Shown here piece after piece: positions 49,163-57,689 of a DNA stretch of 64,000 nt. The stretch's first letter is position 1, and the number at the start of each line of letters is the position of its first letter. The notes beneath the pieces were generated by a model, which saw nothing but the letters and a program-made list of their open reading frames with translations, had not been told where the DNA came from and ran no database searches. Source of the DNA: Fimbriimonas sp. (GTDB taxonomy: Bacteria > Armatimonadota > Fimbriimonadia > Fimbriimonadales > Fimbriimonadaceae); assembly GCA_049317025.1 (NCBI GenBank), contig JBMOJD010000002.1:20926-84925 (forward strand). The letters run 5' to 3'. Position numbers and translations under genes: made by a program.

Positions 49163-51214
49163 CTAGGGGCTGATCAGGCGAAATTCGAGGGGAACTTGGT
49201 CGAGGGCATCGGCCACTGAGTAGGGACCTTGAAGTTCACCCCGTTCTTCGACATAGACGCCGGGCTTTCTCGGCCTCAAGTCGGGCCGAATCCCTGGCAC
49301 GACCGGAATGACGAGCCGACCCGGCCGCTGACGCGCGATCAGGTGCGAAAGCTGGATGGCCTGGGGACCGACGCATAGGAAGGTCGCATCATCCGCCACA
49401 GGCATCGAGGCGGCGAAGAAACCTCCGGCGGAGGGATAGGTCTCGACGACTCGCGAATAGAGGCCGCAACTGGCATATGCTTTTTTGCGGAAGGCACGTC
49501 CCTCGGGAGTTGGACCCAGAATCCTACCGTAATCCAGTAGCAAGCGGATTGCTTGGGCCGAAGTGGATTCGCGAACCGTATCGGCAATCTCCGGCACTAG
49601 CGTGCTAAGGGCGCCCATTCGATTGGTTGCGCTTGGCGAATTCAGGAACTCCCCTTCGACTTCGCCAGAGAAAAGGTCGATTGCGCGACGAAGGACCTTC
49701 AGGCCAGCGTCGAAGCTCGGCGTCCAGCCGTTTACAAAGAAGTCTTGCAGATAAGCGTCCGAGACACTCAGGTAGTCGCTTAGGCATTCGAGATCAGCGG
49801 GCATCGTCGCGGTCGAGGGGAGAACCGTTTCACCGGACCTAAGGGCTTCCAGGCGGTCAAGGCACTGGAGGACCCGCTCAACCCGAACTTTGTCTTGCAG
49901 CGCGTTGGCGGCATAGAGCATCTTGGCCGTGACAAACCCTTGGATGTCGGCTTGAGTCTCGACGGCCCGTTCGATCGGGTGGTCGGCGTGAATCGGGTCG
50001 AGGAGTTTTCGTATCCTTTCGTCGTATTGGAGGGTCTGAAGTGACCGGAGTCGTGGCACCATCTGGCGGTTTATATAGGGCTGCAACCCGAGCTCGTCGC
50101 GAGCGAAAGTTTGGTCATCGGTGGACCAAGCTTGGATTTGTTGCGGAGAGATGCTGAACTGCTGGCTCCGCCCATTTCGACCTTGCCGACCGACTTGGGC
50201 ACCCCAGACACGGCCATCCACACAGAGTTCGTCAAGCAAGAAGTCGAGCGTTTGGATGGCAAGCTTCTGGTAGGCAGGGTCACCTAAAAGCAGGTACGCC
50301 GTGACCAGCAGCTCTAGCCACTCGGCGTTCTGGACCGCGACCTTGTTGAAGTCGATATCTGACCAATCCTGACGCCCGGAAAATCGAAAGAAGCCGCCCT
50401 CTTGAAGGTCGTACAACGGGCTGGTGAGGATTGAGTCGAACGCTCGGCGAAAGGTTTGCCGATCCCCCGCTAAGAGCAGGAAGCGGAGGGCACGTACGGG
50501 AGGATTTTGGAACCCGCGCTCAGGCATTCCACCATTCATGGGGTCGATCTGGGTGGCCAACTTGCCGCGGAATCGAATGTAATCCGGCAGCAACATACCG
50601 CTGCCCGCGCGCAGGACCTTCAACTCGGTTGCCTGCTGGGCGATCTCATCCGGAGGCCGACCACTTTCGAGAGAAGCCGCAAAAAGGTCCCGACTCTTCG
50701 TGAAGAAGTTCAGCATGCTCTTGCGGTCGAAGGACTGAAGCGAACTGGACCTTCCTTCGAAATTGATGATGTCGCCCTTCGCATTCAGAATCCAAATCTG
50801 GAAGCCAGGAAGGAAGCCATTTCGAAGCCGGGTCAGGGGCAAAAAGCCGTTCAGATATTCGGGCCGGATCGTGCCATCGACGCGGATGCAGATGAAGTAG
50901 CGGCGAAGGAGCCGGGCGACGTCAGGATCGGTGAAAGTGTCTCGGTCCACCTGGCGGGCCACGTTGCTCCACGAGGCGCCCACCAAGAGCAGAATGGGTT
51001 TGCCTTCGCGGCGCGCCCGGGCGACATTCTCGTCGGTCAAGGTCCGCCAGTCGATGGGCTGGCTGGAGGCCTGCCGCAAAAATGCCGACGGACTGTTGCC
51101 CATGCGGTTGCTCACCCGGGGCGGCAGCAAGGGTCGCAGGCCCTCGGAGAGGAAGGCCGTCCCCACCAAGATGCCGACGACCAGCGCGGAGACGCCAAAG
51201 GATGGACGGAGCAT
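49163..51214 (-). CDS. DUF255/YyaL-like thioredoxin-domain protein with degenerate redox motif, membrane-anchored
   Basis: 683 aa with an N-terminal hydrophobic anchor. The thioredoxin-like region KPILLLVGASWSNVARQVD lies where family members carry GYSACHWCHVME. It is followed by a long alpha/alpha-toroid-like region. Confidence 0.7.
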   Translation of the reverse strand: MLRPSFGVSALVVGILVGTAFLSEGLRPLLPPRVSNRMGNSPSAFLRQASSQPIDWRTLTDENVARARREGKPILLLVGASWSNVARQVDRDTFTDPDVARLLRRYFICIRVDGTIRPEYLNGFLPLTRLRNGFLPGFQIWILNAKGDIINFEGRSSSLQSFDRKSMLNFFTKSRDLFAASLESGRPPDEIAQQATELKVLRAGSGMLLPDYIRFRGKLATQIDPMNGGMPERGFQNPPVRALRFLLLAGDRQTFRRAFDSILTSPLYDLQEGGFFRFSGRQDWSDIDFNKVAVQNAEWLELLVTAYLLLGDPAYQKLAIQTLDFLLDELCVDGRVWGAQVGRQGRNGRSQQFSISPQQIQAWSTDDQTFARDELGLQPYINRQMVPRLRSLQTLQYDERIRKLLDPIHADHPIERAVETQADIQGFVTAKMLYAANALQDKVRVERVLQCLDRLEALRSGETVLPSTATMPADLECLSDYLSVSDAYLQDFFVNGWTPSFDAGLKVLRRAIDLFSGEVEGEFLNSPSATNRMGALSTLVPEIADTVRESTSAQAIRLLLDYGRILGPTPEGRAFRKKAYASCGLYSRVVETYPSAGGFFAASMPVADDATFLCVGPQAIQLSHLIARQRPGRLVIPVVPGIRPDLRPRKPGVYVEERGELQGPYSVADALDQVPLEFRLISP

Positions 51215-51264
51215 GACCTAAACAGCATACTTTGGTCCCGTCGATGCCAGGCAGGGCCCCGCTG

Positions 51265-51273
51265 TGCTAAACT
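51265..51273 (+). promoter_or_regulatory. Candidate extended -10 (TGcTAAACT), 9 nt upstream of gatC ATG with no SD
   Basis: Sequence gtgctaaact-ccgctagtt-ATG. Confidence 0.35.
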
Positions 51274-51282
51274 CCGCTAGTT

Positions 51283-51573
51283 ATGTCGATCTCCCTCGAC
51301 GAGGTGCGCCATGTGGCACGTCTGGCCCGCCTTGATCTCAACGAAGGCGAAGTGATCCGCCTTCAGGGCGAGTTGAACGCTCTTATTGGCCACTTTGCCG
51401 ACATTCAGGGCGTCGATGTAACCGGGGTAGATGCCCAATCTCATGCGGTGATGCTCCAGAACGTCTGGGCCGAGGATATCCCTCAACCCACTCTGGCCCG
51501 CGACCGAGCGCTGAAGAATGCGCCTCTCTCCAAAGCCGGCCTGTTCTTGGTGCCGCAGATTCTGGAGGATTAA
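51283..51573 (+). CDS. gatC: Asp-tRNA(Asn)/Glu-tRNA(Gln) amidotransferase subunit C
   Basis: 96 aa. VRHVARLARLDLNEGEV... is a typical GatC N-terminus. Lies immediately upstream of gatA. Confidence 0.9.
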   Translation: MSISLDEVRHVARLARLDLNEGEVIRLQGELNALIGHFADIQGVDVTGVDAQSHAVMLQNVWAEDIPQPTLARDRALKNAPLSKAGLFLVPQILED

Positions 51574-51576
51574 GCG

Positions 51577-53028
51577 TTGCTCACGCGACTTTCTGCTACT
51601 GAGCTTTCGGCCCAGATCCACGCCCGTACGGTTTCGTGCGAAGAGGTCACCCAGGCCTACCTCGACCGGATCAGCGCCCATGACGACACTTACGGCGCGT
51701 ATCTAAAGGTCGATCCTGCCCTGGCGCTCGCCGAAGCCCGCAAGGCCCAAGACCTCGTCGATAGTGGCCACGCTGGGCCGCTCACGGGAATTCCCGTTGC
51801 CCTCAAGGACAACATGTCCACCGACGGCATCGAGACGACGTGCGCGTCGAAGATCCTCGAAGGCTACATCCCGCCCTTCGACGCCACGGTTGTTGCACGC
51901 ATCAAGGCGGCGGGCGGCGTGGTCCTCGGCAAAACCAATCTTGACGAATTCGCGATGGGGGCCTCAACCGAGACCTCGGCCTACCGCGTCACCCGCAACC
52001 CCTGGGACATCACTCGCTCGCCGGGTGGAAGCTCCGGTGGATCGGCGGTCGCAGTTGCAGCCGAGCTTGCCCCGGTCGCCCTCGGGTCCGATACCGGCGG
52101 CTCTATTCGGCAGCCAGCCTCGCTCTGCGGCATTGTTGGCTTCAAGCCCACCTATGGCCGCTGTTCACGCTACGGCCTCATTGCCTTTGGATCGAGTCTC
52201 GACCAAATCGGACCGATGGCCCGTAACGTGGAAGACGCCGCGCTGCTCGCCGAAGTGGTCACGGGGCACGATCCGATGGACAGCACTTCGCTTCGGCATG
52301 CTCCCATTTCGCGCGCGGAACTGAAGCAGGGAAGCCTGAAAGGCCTGAAGGTCGGGCTACCCAAGGAGGTCTTCACCGATGCGATCGAGTCTGGTGTTGG
52401 CGACGTTCTCCAGGCCGCCATCGACAAACTGACCCAGCAGGGGGTCATCTTTGAAGAGATCACCCTGCCCTCAATCAACCTGGGCGTCACGACTTACTAC
52501 ATCATCGCCCCCGCTGAGGCTAGCAGCAACCTGGCTCGTTTCGATGGCATACGATTTGGCCCCCGGCTGGAGGGAAGCGGTCACGTAGGCCTCGTCGAGC
52601 GGACTCGCGCTGAGCTCTTTGGTCCAGAAGTTCGCACTCGAATCATGATCGGCACCTATGCCCTCTCGGCAGGCTACTACGACGCCTTCTACCTGCGGGC
52701 CCAACAGGTCCGTGCCCTGATGCAGCGCGAGTTCGAGCAGGCATTCCAAAAGTACGACGTGATCCTGACCCCCACGAGCCCGATCCCGGCGTTCAAAATT
52801 GGTGAACTCAACAACGATCCGCTCGCCCTCAAGCTTCTGGACGTTTGCACGATTCCCGCCAACATGGGCGGTCTGCCGGGCATCTCGCTTAATGCCGGTT
52901 TCACGGAAGGCCTTCCCGTAGGTCTCCAACTCTTGGCCCCTCCGCTTGGCGATGAGAAGCTTCTTCAAGTTGCTTATGCGACGGAACAGGTCCTGGTTGA
53001 CGACACGCGACGCCCGCCGATTCCGTAA
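51577..53028 (+). CDS. gatA: Asp-tRNA(Asn)/Glu-tRNA(Gln) amidotransferase subunit A
   Basis: 483 aa. Amidase signature [13 protein letters not shown] and [15 protein letters not shown] start. Confidence 0.95.
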   Translation: MLTRLSATELSAQIHARTVSCEEVTQAYLDRISAHDDTYGAYLKVDPALALAEARKAQDLVDSGHAGPLTGIPVALKDNMSTDGIETTCASKILEGYIPPFDATVVARIKAAGGVVLGKTNLDEFAMGASTETSAYRVTRNPWDITRSPGGSSGGSAVAVAAELAPVALGSDTGGSIRQPASLCGIVGFKPTYGRCSRYGLIAFGSSLDQIGPMARNVEDAALLAEVVTGHDPMDSTSLRHAPISRAELKQGSLKGLKVGLPKEVFTDAIESGVGDVLQAAIDKLTQQGVIFEEITLPSINLGVTTYYIIAPAEASSNLARFDGIRFGPRLEGSGHVGLVERTRAELFGPEVRTRIMIGTYALSAGYYDAFYLRAQQVRALMQREFEQAFQKYDVILTPTSPIPAFKIGELNNDPLALKLLDVCTIPANMGGLPGISLNAGFTEGLPVGLQLLAPPLGDEKLLQVAYATEQVLVDDTRRPPIP

Positions 53029-53039
53029 GGGGAGATGAG

Positions 53040-53882
53040 ATGGATGACATTCGTCAGCAGGACATGCGGCTGTTCATCAAAGAACTGATCAGCCCGGCTC
53101 GCCTGATTGTTGTCCTTATCGTCTTCGCCATTCTCTACACGAACTTCCTTGCCAACTTGCCCCTCGTCCTGGGTGTGGTCGCGACCACTTTGATTGCGAC
53201 GATAGCCGTCGCGCACAGTGAGTCGATCAAGAAGCGGTTCATGGATCGACGGTTCGAGTCACTCTGGAGTGGATGCACCGACCGACTCGCGCGATTCGAG
53301 GAGGTTCTCCGCAAGATGCGGCGTGATCAGGTCGCCGACTTGCAGGAAATGCCCAAGACCATTCGTGAGGTCTCCAAGTCCCTCTACATCGCCTTGCGAC
53401 GGGCCGACATTGTGATGTCCGAGATCAACGAATCGGAAAAAGGACTCTACAACCAGCCGCCGATCTGGGAAGCCCAAGCGCGCGACGCGCAGTCGAAAGA
53501 GCTGTACCGAGTCGCCGACAAAAACATCGCCGAGTATCGGACGCACTTTGCCGGGGTGATGGGCGGTGTCCAGAGAGCCGAAGCGCAGGCTGCGGTCTTC
53601 ATGACCACCCTCGACACCCTGCGAATGAAGATGCTGGGCTATCGCTTGGTGGGCCGCTCGCCCGAGATGCCATCGCACGATTTCCTTGAGGCTCTCGTAG
53701 AAGCAAAAGCGCAACTCACCGCGATCGACACGGCACTCGAGGAGCTTGAACTCGGGCAGTATCCGCGGACAATTGTTGTCATTCCGACGCCGTCGCAGTC
53801 GTCGCCACCGCCGATCCCGCCGGACGTCCAGGTACGACGGCGCGAAGAAGAAAACCCGGAGCAAACGCAACAAGGAACATGA
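53040..53882 (+). CDS. Hypothetical membrane protein (two N-terminal TM helices, helical C-terminal domain, Pro-rich tail)
   Basis: 280 aa. The topology loosely resembles XpaC/TelA-like proteins, but no firm motif was found. Confidence 0.45.
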   Translation: MDDIRQQDMRLFIKELISPARLIVVLIVFAILYTNFLANLPLVLGVVATTLIATIAVAHSESIKKRFMDRRFESLWSGCTDRLARFEEVLRKMRRDQVADLQEMPKTIREVSKSLYIALRRADIVMSEINESEKGLYNQPPIWEAQARDAQSKELYRVADKNIAEYRTHFAGVMGGVQRAEAQAAVFMTTLDTLRMKMLGYRLVGRSPEMPSHDFLEALVEAKAQLTAIDTALEELELGQYPRTIVVIPTPSQSSPPPIPPDVQVRRREEENPEQTQQGT

Positions 53883-54706
53883 CGCTCGAAGTCGCCTGTC
53901 CGGCCAAACTAAACCTCTTCCTGGCGGTCGGCCCCCGGGACCAGCGGGGATACCATCCCTTGCGCACCATTTTTCAGGCAGTCTCGCTGGCGGATCGGTT
54001 GGTTGTCTCGACCGACACCGATCAGGACCGATTCGAATGCGATTGGCCCGAAGTTCCGGCCGAGAACACCGTGACGCGGGTCTGGCGGCTTCTCAAAGAG
54101 ATCGCTCCCCTGCCCCCGCTCTACGTGCGGCTGCAGAAGCACATCCCCCTGGAGAGCGGCATGGGCGGCGGCAGCAGCGATGCGGCGGGCATGATCCGCG
54201 CCGTCGAGGCCCTGATTGGAAAACTGCCCTCGAAAGCCGAGCGAGAGGCGGTCGCGACCGCCGTGGGCATGGACGTCCCCTTCTTCTTGGTCGGAGGCCG
54301 GGCCAAGGCCGAGGGCTACGGCGACCTTTTGACTCCCGAACAGGATCGCCCCGAATCTGAGTCCTTCGTCGTTTTGCGCCCGGATTTGGGTTGCTCAACC
54401 GCCGCGATGTATCGCGCCCTCGACGACCGAGCGTTTGACTGGCGCGATTTTCCCACCGAGGACGAAGCCCACAATGATTTTGAACGAGTGGCTCCGTGCG
54501 AATGCTTGGACCTGATCGAGTGGTTGAATCTGCGTGGGGCAGTTCAGGCGGGCCTCAGCGGCTCGGGGTCGGCGGTTTGGGGCCGCTTTGCTTCGGCGGA
54601 AGTTGCCGAGCAGGTGGAATCGATGGCGCGTTCGGCGTTGGGCGTGTGGTCGCGCGCGGTTCGCTCTTTGAATCGCCGTGAAAGCATGGCGATTCAAAGA
54701 GCCTAA
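53879..54706 (+). CDS. ispE: 4-(cytidine 5'-diphospho)-2-C-methyl-D-erythritol kinase
   Basis: 275 aa. AKLNLFLAV N-terminus and GHMP kinase motif LESGMGGGSSDAAG. ATGA overlap with the upstream gene. Confidence 0.9.
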   Translation: MTLEVACPAKLNLFLAVGPRDQRGYHPLRTIFQAVSLADRLVVSTDTDQDRFECDWPEVPAENTVTRVWRLLKEIAPLPPLYVRLQKHIPLESGMGGGSSDAAGMIRAVEALIGKLPSKAEREAVATAVGMDVPFFLVGGRAKAEGYGDLLTPEQDRPESESFVVLRPDLGCSTAAMYRALDDRAFDWRDFPTEDEAHNDFERVAPCECLDLIEWLNLRGAVQAGLSGSGSAVWGRFASAEVAEQVESMARSALGVWSRAVRSLNRRESMAIQRA

Positions 54707-54709
54707 AGT

Positions 54710-54913
54710 TCAGATGTCGAGATCGTCGGGATCTTCTTCGTCGATCTCGGGCTCATCCACCGGGGCCGCCTTCGGCACAGTGGGTTCCAGCGAAACGAAC
54801 GCGATGTTCTTCGTCTGTCGGTTGGGGCAGTTGTTGCAAACGAAGTCAACCTTCACACCGAAGAGCCAACTTGGCACCTTCTCCATTTTCTTTCCGCAAG
54901 CGCAATTAATCAT
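54710..54913 (-). CDS. Small zinc-ribbon protein with acidic C-terminal tail
   Basis: 67 aa from the internal ATG: MINCACGKKMEKVPSWLFGVKVDFVCNNCPNRQ...DEPEIDEEDPDDLDI (CxC...CxxC). The upstream extension in the track ORF overlaps the neighbouring membrane ORF in another frame. Confidence 0.4.
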   Translation of the reverse strand: MINCACGKKMEKVPSWLFGVKVDFVCNNCPNRQTKNIAFVSLEPTVPKAAPVDEPEIDEEDPDDLDI

Positions 54914-55172
54914 TTTTTGAGATTCCCATTTCCTCTTCGTAGGCGGCGACGGTCTGCCGGTGACTGATCCAGCCGTTGACCAGCATGACGACGGAAGCGA
55001 TGGCGTACAGAACCCAGAGACTGGTTTCTGGCTTCTGACCCGGATCGCGGATCGCCGAATCGCCACCCAACGGGGGCAAGCCCACGATGGCCAAAGCGAA
55101 GAGTAGGCCCGAGATCCAGAAGTAGGTGTTCTTCCACCAGGCAGGTTGAGGTGGGTTCTTCTTCTGACTCAC
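54906..55172 (-). CDS. Small two-TM membrane protein
   Basis: The track ORF 54906..55325 has no plausible ATG clear of the divergent promoter region. GTG at 55172 gives 88 aa (VSQKKNPPQPAWWKNTYFWISGLLFALAIVGL...LWVLYAIASVVMLVNGWI). The start is uncertain. Confidence 0.4.
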   Translation of the reverse strand: MSQKKNPPQPAWWKNTYFWISGLLFALAIVGLPPLGGDSAIRDPGQKPETSLWVLYAIASVVMLVNGWISHRQTVAAYEEEMGISKND

Positions 55173-55265
55173 TCCGGGTATTTTACCTTTAGTCGCGCAT
55201 GTGTCCCGAGTGGGTATGTTGACAACGTTCTTGGCGCTGGCTCGTCTAAGATTTCGGTAGTTCGA

Positions 55266-55802
55266 ATGAAAGTCATTCTCGCAGTATTGATGGTCTTGGC
55301 CGTGTTTGGGCAAAGCTTGGCCCAAGCCTATCGACCAAAGGCAGGGGAAACGGTCCTAAAGGTCGAGGTTGAAGGTCGCGGTGACTTGTTCATTCGGCTC
55401 TACACCAAAGAAGCCCCGAAGACGACGGCCTACGTCCTTGGCCTCGTGCGACAGGGGTACTACGATGGCCTGAAGTTCCACCGTGTCGAACGCACCCCGC
55501 GCCCCTACCTTGCGCAAATTGGTGATCCCGCCACCCGAGCTTCCTCGAAGCAAGTGGTAGCCCAAGAAACAAAGCTTGGCATCGAAAACACTGGCTACTC
55601 GCACGAAATTGGTGCCGTTGGGCTGGTCCGCGACCGCCAAGACCGGGATATCGCCAGTTCGCAGTTCTACATCATGCTGGCTCCAGCCAAATTCCTTGAT
55701 GGCAACTACACCGTCTTTGGCCAGGTGGTGTCGGGGCTGGAAGTCCTCAGTAAGCTCGAGAAGAATGACCGAGTCATCGCTGTTACGGTCCTCAACGGTT
55801 GA
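55266..55802 (+). CDS. Secreted cyclophilin-type peptidyl-prolyl cis-trans isomerase
   Basis: Internal ATG 55266 gives signal peptide MKVILAVLMVLAVFGQSLAQA followed by a cyclophilin core (YYDGLKFHRV, SQFYIML, LDGNYTVFGQV). Confidence 0.88.
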   Translation: MKVILAVLMVLAVFGQSLAQAYRPKAGETVLKVEVEGRGDLFIRLYTKEAPKTTAYVLGLVRQGYYDGLKFHRVERTPRPYLAQIGDPATRASSKQVVAQETKLGIENTGYSHEIGAVGLVRDRQDRDIASSQFYIMLAPAKFLDGNYTVFGQVVSGLEVLSKLEKNDRVIAVTVLNG

Positions 55803-56596
55803 ACCTGCAGCCCAATGGTGTCGTCCAAGTGAATGTGAAGTTACTAGCCCTCCTGCCGATGACTGCGCTGGTTGCGGTTTGCCACGCCCAAACTCCAACT
55901 GTGCCGCAGCTCCTGGAAGGGCGAATCCGTGAGGGTTTCTCTACGCTTCGCGAGACGAACCTCTTTGTCGCCACTCTGAGTTCGGTGGAGACGACGGGCA
56001 AGACTCAGCGCCGGACCGATGCCGTGATCTTCTTCGAGCCGCGAGCGGCTGGTCCCCGAGTGGAGATGCGAGTCTTTCGCGATGGCGTCTTCTCCGATCG
56101 TTTCGTCGGTGACGGCACCACCCTGTGGGCGTACAATGCAGCGGCAAATCAGTATTCCGCCCGCGTCTACGGCCGCTACGATGACGGCCCTGCGCCCGAG
56201 AATGCGACCAAGACTCTCCTTACCTTGTTGGATTCTCAGGCCGAGGGTGCCTCCGCGCAGCTCACGCGCTTGGCCCGCCAGCTTTTCGCCGAGTCGTCGG
56301 TGCGCTACATCGCATGGCTTCCCGGCGTTCCCGCCCGAGAGCAATTCGGCTCCGTGGTGTATTGGGACGCGGCCATGCCCGATCGGTGGGTGAAGTTCGA
56401 GACTGAACTGGTAGATCAGCCGACGCCCGGTTGGGTCGTGAACAAGATCCAAGGAAGCGAATTGCGCAATCTGCGCGGAACCGCGCGCACCGTGGCATGG
56501 ACGATTGACCTATCGACGTCGCTGGGCACCACCTTGCGGCCCGATTTTGTCTTTGCTCCCCCTGCCAATGCCCGGGCCATTACCAAGGGGAACTGA
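55799..56596 (+). CDS. Hypothetical exported LolA-like / DUF2092-like protein
   Basis: 265 aa. TTG start in a TTGA overlap with the cyclophilin stop (alternative GTG at 55835). Signal peptide LLALLPMTALVAVCHAQ. DGTTLWAYNAAANQYSARVY resembles LolA-like fold proteins. Confidence 0.5.
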   Translation: MNLQPNGVVQVNVKLLALLPMTALVAVCHAQTPTVPQLLEGRIREGFSTLRETNLFVATLSSVETTGKTQRRTDAVIFFEPRAAGPRVEMRVFRDGVFSDRFVGDGTTLWAYNAAANQYSARVYGRYDDGPAPENATKTLLTLLDSQAEGASAQLTRLARQLFAESSVRYIAWLPGVPAREQFGSVVYWDAAMPDRWVKFETELVDQPTPGWVVNKIQGSELRNLRGTARTVAWTIDLSTSLGTTLRPDFVFAPPANARAITKGN

Positions 56597-56602
56597 AGCT
56601 TT

Positions 56603-57643
56603 TTACGGAAGCGTTGTCCGCGCGGACGTGATCTTGTCGCCGCGTCGCAGGCCGTCCACGACGTCAGTTCCACCAATGGCCTTGCCAAAGACGACGTAGT
56701 TGCCGTCGAGGAACGATTGCGGCTCTTGGCAGATGTAGAACTGGCTTCCTGCGGTGTCCGGCTTTGATTCGCGGGCCATGGCGAGCGCGTACTTCTCGTG
56801 CAGCAGCGAGTTGGCTTCGAATGGGATCTTGTAACCGGGGCCGCCGGTGCCGATCTTGGGATCGCTGAGCGGCAGAGTCTTGGTGAGCGGGTCGCCTCCC
56901 TGGATGATCTGGAGCGAATCCGTCTCGTAGCGGTGGAACAGGATGCCATCGTAGAACTTGGAATTGACCAGAGTCACGAAGTTGGCGCAGGTGTTGGGAG
57001 CTTTGTCGGGGCGGAGGTCGAACTTGACCGTGCCCTTGCCCTCGATTTCCATAGTCACATCGAGATCGGCGACGACCTCAATGGTGGTTTCGGCCGTCTT
57101 CGAGGGGTCTTCGACGCTACGAGCGACAATCGTGTAGATGCCAGGCGTGTTGGGCGCGGTGAATAGACCGTTCGTTTCGATCACGGTTGTTCCGCCGGTG
57201 ACCGACCACTTCACCGCCGAGTTGGTCGCGTTGGCGACGGTTGCGTTGAAATTGAACTCACTTCGGGGAATCATGCGTGGCAAGGAGCCCGCGCCGTCAA
57301 TTGAGATAGCCACGGGGGGATTGACCGTGACCCTCGCCGTCGCCGAAATGCTTGGGTTGCTGGCAAGGGCCACGACAACCTCATAGTTGCCCGCCGTCGA
57401 GGGCGCTTTGTACAGACCGCCCGAGGTGATCGCGCCATTGGCCGAGCCACCCGTGACCGACCATGTGACGGCCGCGGGCGAACCTTGGAAGAAAGCGAGA
57501 AATTGGAGGTCAGAACCGACTCGGACAGTGGAAGTTGCAGGCGTCAGCGAAAGGCCGGACGTGCTTCCGCCACTTGAAGACCCTCCGCAGCCAATGGCCA
57601 GCACCAAAATCAGCAACGACAACCCTAAAAGCAAACGCTTCAC
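56603..57643 (-). CDS. Lipoprotein with two Ig-like (Big_2-type) domains fused to a cyclophilin-type PPIase domain
   Basis: 346 aa. Lipobox LVLAIGCGG. Two repeats each contain (V/K)WSVTGG...GL(Y/F)(K/T)AP...G(N/I)Y. C-terminal cyclophilin core FYDGILFHRY, SQFYICQ, LDGNYVVFGKA. Confidence 0.8.
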   Translation of the reverse strand: MKRLLLGLSLLILVLAIGCGGSSSGGSTSGLSLTPATSTVRVGSDLQFLAFFQGSPAAVTWSVTGGSANGAITSGGLYKAPSTAGNYEVVVALASNPSISATARVTVNPPVAISIDGAGSLPRMIPRSEFNFNATVANATNSAVKWSVTGGTTVIETNGLFTAPNTPGIYTIVARSVEDPSKTAETTIEVVADLDVTMEIEGKGTVKFDLRPDKAPNTCANFVTLVNSKFYDGILFHRYETDSLQIIQGGDPLTKTLPLSDPKIGTGGPGYKIPFEANSLLHEKYALAMARESKPDTAGSQFYICQEPQSFLDGNYVVFGKAIGGTDVVDGLRRGDKITSARTTLP

Positions 57644-57672
57644 GAAAGGCGTTGTACCCGAGGCGCTGAGTG

Positions 57673-57681
57673 TGTTAGCAT
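57673..57681 (+). promoter_or_regulatory. Candidate extended -10 (TGtTAGCAT), 8 nt upstream of ATG 57690 with no SD
   Basis: Sequence gtgttagcat-cctcagat-ATG. Confidence 0.35.
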
Positions 57682-57689
57682 CCTCAGAT

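Noticed and set aside
54914-55325. Longer versions of the two small minus-strand ORFs (118 aa and 139 aa in the ORF track).
   Set aside because: The two extensions overlap each other in different frames. The 139-aa version also runs into the divergent cyclophilin promoter region. Only the hydrophobic 88-aa and zinc-ribbon 67-aa cores look protein-like.
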